The notes below the pieces were generated by a model. The model worked only from the letters and a program-made list of their open reading frames with translations. It did not search any database and had not been told where the DNA came from. 64,000 bases of DNA from Lepidodermella squamata (taxonomy: Eukaryota > Animalia > Gastrotricha). A program made the translations under genes and the position numbers. Below, piece by piece: positions 58,839 through 64,000 of the stretch; the stretch's first letter is position 1; the number at the start of each line of letters is the position of its first letter. The stretch spans positions 652,653-716,652 of the forward strand of contig JBLDXI010000014.1 in NCBI GenBank assembly GCA_047495785.1, given 5' to 3'.

Positions 58839-60131
58839 TCAAACGTGGGATAGCATTAAATTCTTTGTTATCATATCGCCTTCAATGTCCGACAACTGCT
58901 CCTCGGCTAGCACGTTTAAAAGATAGAAAACAGACGCTCCTATTAGGGCCAGCAGAAATATAAAAAAGCCGATAAAATCAGCGATTTGATGCCGTGTCCA
59001 ATCTTCAAATGAGTGAAGAAACCTAGGAAATTTGCCAGCACCAGTAGCTTCGGCCGATTTCGGGTAATTCCTCGTGTAATAACACATAGCCGCTGAGAAA
59101 AATGTGACAAGCATGCTGAAAACCGATTGGAACACAATATATTCAGCCAGGTAGATTCGCTTCGGCGATCTAGGAATCATTGAAATCAACTCCGTTTCTA
59201 GGACGCTGAATGCCAAAAAAATCGCCATCGTGTAAGAGGTTCGGTCAACTTCCTGTGGTGGTAGGAAGAAGCTGGCCATTTCCAGCAGAGCTAGAATCAA
59301 ACACGGGGCAACAAGATGGAGTAGGATGAATTCAGATTTCCGCTGAACAGCTATTCCAAACTCGACGATAGATGTCGTTAAATTGACATCATTTTTCTTA
59401 TATTTTGCGAGAAATGTGTACCCAGGACTGTCGTCCATGAACCCTTCTTCAGTTGATATCAGCAGCTTCTGGACTCGCACGACTAGCTCGAGAGACTTGA
59501 CTATCCCGCCGCATTTCTGGATGTCAGACGGGAATTTTTGAAGTTTCAGCCGGCATGTGAAGTCGAACTTCCCGATCAGAAACCACTCGAAAGTTATTCT
59601 GGTCTTTCGAGTTGCCGCATAATTCGGATAGATTGTTACTCGGAAAACTTCAGACAACTCGGCATCGTCCAGCATTCCTTTCATGCTGTTAACGAGCAGC
59701 ATTCGAGGTCGCCATAGCAGCCTGCTCGGCTCTGCATAGAACTGGCTCTTGTCAGTTTGGTCGGTAAAAGCGTTGGGATTCACGCAATCAGCTTCCCACG
59801 AGATCAAGATCTCGCCATTAATTGATATCATCTCGCCAACGTCGTCGATTCCATTGAATCGGTAGCCTCTGAAACTGAGGGTCAAGTTTAGTATATCGTC
59901 AGATATCGGTGAGACGACCTCTGGTGCAAAGTTGGGGCACCTTTTCAGAAGTTTCCGGGAAGAAGTCACGTTGCCTCTTGGTAGGAGGTTGAAAAATTTG
60001 ATGGCGTCTCTAACGGTTGAAGATCTAGCGAGAGCCAGGCTGACTTCTAGCAAGAAGCAGCAGGCAGCGGTGAATACAAGAGTTTTTATCATTTTTTTAT
60101 ACCGAACTAAATAATAAAACAGACCAATCAA
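58839..60131 (-). CDS. Divergent Cys-loop ligand-gated ion channel subunit, intronless (paralogue of 44182-45423)
   Basis: CPNFAPEV, LWRPRM, CRLKLQKFPSDIQKC and 4 TM helices. Confidence 0.85.
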   Translation of the reverse strand: MIGLFYYLVRYKKMIKTLVFTAACCFLLEVSLALARSSTVRDAIKFFNLLPRGNVTSSRKLLKRCPNFAPEVVSPISDDILNLTLSFRGYRFNGIDDVGEMISINGEILISWEADCVNPNAFTDQTDKSQFYAEPSRLLWRPRMLLVNSMKGMLDDAELSEVFRVTIYPNYAATRKTRITFEWFLIGKFDFTCRLKLQKFPSDIQKCGGIVKSLELVVRVQKLLISTEEGFMDDSPGYTFLAKYKKNDVNLTTSIVEFGIAVQRKSEFILLHLVAPCLILALLEMASFFLPPQEVDRTSYTMAIFLAFSVLETELISMIPRSPKRIYLAEYIVFQSVFSMLVTFFSAAMCYYTRNYPKSAEATGAGKFPRFLHSFEDWTRHQIADFIGFFIFLLALIGASVFYLLNVLAEEQLSDIEGDMITKNLMLSHV

Positions 60132-60688
60132 TCACTCAATCTGATCTTGTTTGTACGGCTTGTTTGTTATCAGCGGAAAATTGTTCGCAAATCCTGTTAT
60201 CATTTTAAATTGAACCAATGAAATTATAAGTAGAACGCGCTTATGGACTTTATAACTGATATATCCGGTATTTTCATATTTTTTAAATCGAAAGCTGTGT
60301 GCGCTAATAACAGTGATTAATCAATACGTACCTTGCATTCTTCAATCGACCTCATTATGGCCATTTATTTATTTTCGATGAAATTTGATGTTCCTAATTT
60401 TTTTCGAAATGTGATGCAAAAAACTGAACATGAACAATGCCATTGCACATTATGCAAATGAGCGTGTCCAGAATAGCCCTAACTGTCCAACTTCAAATAT
60501 ACAAGTTTTTGATCGCCAAAAATCAAGAAAAAATCGAAAAATCGGGGCTCGTCTAACACGCGTTTTATCGAAAATCATCGAATTCTTAATTCGGACTTAT
60601 TTTTAATTCTCAAAAAACATGGTAATCGCGTGAAAGTACAAATCCGCCAACTACTCCTTTAGTTGTGAAAATCGCTAAATTTTTGTTT

Positions 60689-60743
60689 GACTTTTACTTG
60701 TACCATCTCGTCGCCCCGTGTTTCGTTCTAGCTATCATGGAAA
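60689..60743 (+). repeat. Exact 55-bp copy of channel coding sequence 56567-56621 in intergenic DNA
   Basis: GACTTTTACTTGTACCATCTCGTCGCCCCGTGTTTCGTTCTAGCTATCATGGAAA occurs at both sites. Confidence 0.9.
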
Positions 60744-61297
60744 AAACTCTTTTCCAATTATTACGCAACAAATTTGACTAAATATAGAATTGTCCTCAAA
60801 AATATAGGTCGAGTAGCTCGGCCAATTCGATATTTTACGGTATAACATTCGTAAATCGTTCATATCTGAACTCGCCGCATAACTCGCTCCGTTCAGAAAT
60901 GAACTCTTTACTCATGTTATACCATACAGAAGTCACCGAGGTCATCGCGAAATGTAGTGAAAATAAAATGTTGTACAAATATACAGTAATCGCACGAAAG
61001 GTCGAATCAGCCAACTGCGCCTCTAGTTGAGAAAACTGCTGAATGTCGTTTGTCATCAGAAAATGGACCTGAAAGCGTGCATTTTTCCGCTATAAAGGAT
61101 AATCCGCGAAAAGCGCGCGAGAAGATCAGCTCTGATATCGGACGTGATAGAGGGTGCTTGAAAGAGGCGCTTGTTTGTGCTTGAAAGAATAATCCTGTGG
61201 TCTTCCCACACAGATTGGTTTTACTTTAAAATAGGCCTGTTGATTGCCATTCCAACAAAAAAATTTCTAAACATTTACATTTAATTTTCGCTGTGAA

Positions 61298-62035
61298 ATG
61301 TTGCTAGTTCATATTGCATTTTTGGCCTTCCTTATTTCGCCAGTTTACGGCGCCGAGCCAACTGCCGCTTATGCCGAGGGTGATGAACAATGGACAGCAG
61401 AAGAGATTGCCGAAATTCAAACAGCTCTAGCTGCGTCTCTCAAAGCTGAATTCGTGCGTAAAGCCAAGTTTCAGCCATCCAGCTTCAACTTTATCTCCTA
61501 CGCCGGCAAGTTGTCAGTACCCGGCGGAACAAACTACCCGGTCAAGGTTCAGCTCAGCTCAACCGAATACGGCCATCTTCGCCTGTTCAAGGCTGATGAC
61601 GAAAATGCCACCCTGAATCTGGTCGATGTTCAAAGGGCGAAACAGCTCAGCGACCCGATTCGTATGGTAATTCGCGCCTCGGCAGCTGGTCGCCCGGCTC
61701 ACATTGAAACGGGCTTGGTCAGCAGCAGCCTCGACTCGCCTAGGCCTACCCTCTCGGTCACGACTCTGGCATCTACGAAAACTCAGGCCCAGGTCGACGC
61801 TGTAAAATCGCACTTTCTGTACCTGGCCAGCTTGAAGCAAGTCGACATTTTCAAGGCAATCAGCGAGCGTCACGAACTTGATACTGAATTCCCCATCGTA
61901 TTCGTCAAGGTTCAAATTTCTAACGACGGTGGAAAAGCAAATTGTGTCCACCTTAAAGTTTTCGGACAGGACAAACCGGTTGTTCTCGGCTTTGAGCTCA
62001 ACAAGTCGCTCCAAGATTCAATCGAGCAGTTTTGA
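61298..62035 (+). CDS. Secreted two-domain stefin/cystatin-like protein
   Basis: Signal peptide; GTNYPVKVQL...YGHLRLF...K.LSDPI, and a second domain FVKVQI...CVHLKVF...KSLQDSIEQF. Confidence 0.8.
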   Translation: MLLVHIAFLAFLISPVYGAEPTAAYAEGDEQWTAEEIAEIQTALAASLKAEFVRKAKFQPSSFNFISYAGKLSVPGGTNYPVKVQLSSTEYGHLRLFKADDENATLNLVDVQRAKQLSDPIRMVIRASAAGRPAHIETGLVSSSLDSPRPTLSVTTLASTKTQAQVDAVKSHFLYLASLKQVDIFKAISERHELDTEFPIVFVKVQISNDGGKANCVHLKVFGQDKPVVLGFELNKSLQDSIEQF

Positions 62036-62273
62036 CTATAAAACCTTATTTCAATTCACGTGACTGTTTTACCGCATGTAATAAGAATAAAAATGTGATG
62101 AGTCTGGATTTTTCCCACGCTTTTTGATGAGTTCATCGTTTTTTTGTGTTTAATGACGCACGTTTTTTACGCACATGAACGTAAGGTGAAAACATGTTTA
62201 CGTTAAGCTCACCTGGTTAAATATACCGCAAACTCGACCGTTTGATAGTTCAACCTGCTTCAATTCAGAAAAA

Positions 62274-62800
62274 ATGTTCAGTTACAAGTTACTTTTTTCA
62301 TGTTTAATCGGCGCTTTTGGTCAAATTCATGCCTTCACCTATTTTATGATTATGCCGAACGCGGAAATTTACTCTGGGCAGGCTAATTTGGAAAATGATT
62401 TTCAATCGAAATTCGAGACTGCCCTTAACACGACTATTCGGCAGCAATTTAATGAAATGGCTAACGATGGGCAGAGCACAGATGAATTTCAACTTGTCGC
62501 CTTGACCGCAACATCAGGTGGCTCCCAACATTATGTGAAGGTGAGAAAATTAATTAATTATTCTAATGTTATTTTTAACCTATTTTTTATCAGGTACGAT
62601 TGAGTGATAATGAATACGCTCATTTACGGGTTACTCATTCGCTGGTCTTACAACATAATCGAGCTAATAATTACCAACTAGCCGAGTTCCAGCGCGGTAA
62701 AAGCCGTAACGATCCTTTGATCCCGTTTCGTAACGATGAAACAAAGGCAACAACTCTGCTATCACTTGTTTTACCTAACAAAAAGGTCGACCTTGAGTAA
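62274..62800 (+). CDS. Secreted single-domain stefin/cystatin-like protein, 2 exons
   Basis: Intron 62541-62593 joins HYVK/VRLSDNEYAHLRV...FQRGKSRNDPLIPF. Confidence 0.75.
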
Positions 62801-62933
62801 ACGCCATCGCGTTACGAATAATTGCAAAACAAAAGGACACACGTCACGCTTGGATGAAGCGTTGCACTTTCGCATTCCCGTTCTCGATTTCATTGTGATT
62901 CTGATATAGCCACTCATTTTTGTACAATAAAAC

Positions 62934-63788
62934 ATGGCTTTTCTAATATCGGCTGGATTAATTCTTGTATTTTCACATCTTACGCTTTGCCAACTGGTGC
63001 GTAACGTCGATTCTGGCGCCCTGGGCCCGGCTATAAATGCGAGCGAAATCGAATCGGAACGAAGTGGTTATGAAATCGAGCTGAGAGAACTCCTCGATTC
63101 GACGATTAAACTTCAATTCATGCTTTCGGCTAACAATCGAAAAGAGCCAGCGGAATTCACGCTGATTTCTTACGCAACTCAAGTCGTAGCCGGGACGAAT
63201 TTCTTCGCAAAAGTCAGGACTAGCAATAATACCTATGCGCACCTGCGCATCTTCAAACCGCTGAAATTCACCGGAAAACTGCCGAAATTACACGCGTTCC
63301 AGCTTAACAAAACCCTGGCTGATCCTTTGGAATATTTTGATAACGAGCAAACGATTGTTAGCATTGTGACCTTTAAACCGATGTTAGCAGCCCCACCTCG
63401 GCTGTTGGGTGGAGCGGGGCCTGTCATCAACGCGACGGATCCTGAAAACAACAACTCCACCAAGGAAGAGATCGAAAAGCTGAAAGCTGCAATCAACGAT
63501 TCTGATGTGAAAAATCAAGTTATGGCGAGATTGGGCCGAAAGAACCTAACCGATTGGCAACTGGTTTCTTACTCGAGTCAAATCGTCGCTGGAACTAATT
63601 ATTTCCTGAAAGTTAAGGTGGCTGATAACGAATATGTCCACCTGGCCTTCTTCAAACCCCTGTCATTCACTCGACTGCCGATGAAACTCAATGGGATTCA
63701 GGGAAATAAGACTTTGAGCGATGGCGTGTCTTACTTTTACGACGAGACGTTCGCGAAAACTTCTTCAAGCCAAAGAGCACCTAGATGA
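62934..63788 (+). CDS. Secreted two-domain stefin (type-1 cystatin-like) with intact QxVAG motifs
   Basis: SYATQVVAGTNFFAKV..YAHLRIFKPL..KTLADPLEYF and SYSSQIVAGTNYFLKV..YVHL. N-terminal signal peptide. Confidence 0.9.
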   Translation: MAFLISAGLILVFSHLTLCQLVRNVDSGALGPAINASEIESERSGYEIELRELLDSTIKLQFMLSANNRKEPAEFTLISYATQVVAGTNFFAKVRTSNNTYAHLRIFKPLKFTGKLPKLHAFQLNKTLADPLEYFDNEQTIVSIVTFKPMLAAPPRLLGGAGPVINATDPENNNSTKEEIEKLKAAINDSDVKNQVMARLGRKNLTDWQLVSYSSQIVAGTNYFLKVKVADNEYVHLAFFKPLSFTRLPMKLNGIQGNKTLSDGVSYFYDETFAKTSSSQRAPR

Positions 63789-64000
63789 TGAAATGGCAAT
63801 CCTTTTGCCACGCAAAAAACTGTTGATGATTGCGCAATAAAAAATGGATTTTTCAGCCACCTGGTTTTTTTACGGAAACAATCCCTTTTAGCCTGTTCAG
63901 AAAAATGGTTCAGATTCTCACTTTTTATTTTTTAAGGATGTGGAAAACCGGTGGCATTTGCGTAAATCACATTGCTGAAATTCGCGCCAAATGACGGCGG

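Overview
Gene-dense eukaryotic (metazoan) DNA with short GT-AG introns (mostly ~45-85 nt). CFAP300 and ANKRD42 homologues point to an animal with motile cilia; the exact taxon cannot be read from the window. The dominant structure is a 12,280-bp giant palindrome (19838-32117) with Polinton/Maverick-type AGTAGT...ACTACT termini. Each ~5.9-kb arm carries intron-containing dUTPase, deoxynucleoside kinase, PC4-like ssDNA-binding and protein-primed PolB genes plus a RING gene. The PolB is cut just before its catalytic motif A at a 475-bp asymmetric spacer, so this looks like a snap-back (copy-back) defective Polinton. It has no target-site duplication and truncates a host NCLX-like exchanger gene. 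Other highlights: an intron-joined biuret-hydrolase-like / allophanate-hydrolase-C-domain fusion; a NADAR gene next to a possible second Polinton end; a sushi-repeat gene with two in-phase alternative terminal exons (membrane anchor versus more sushi plus ankyrin repeats); two phytochelatin synthases whose C-terminal half is a degenerate internal duplication; seven divergent Cys-loop channels; and four secreted stefin/cystatin-like genes. All calls come from reading sequence and motifs by eye; no database searches were run.
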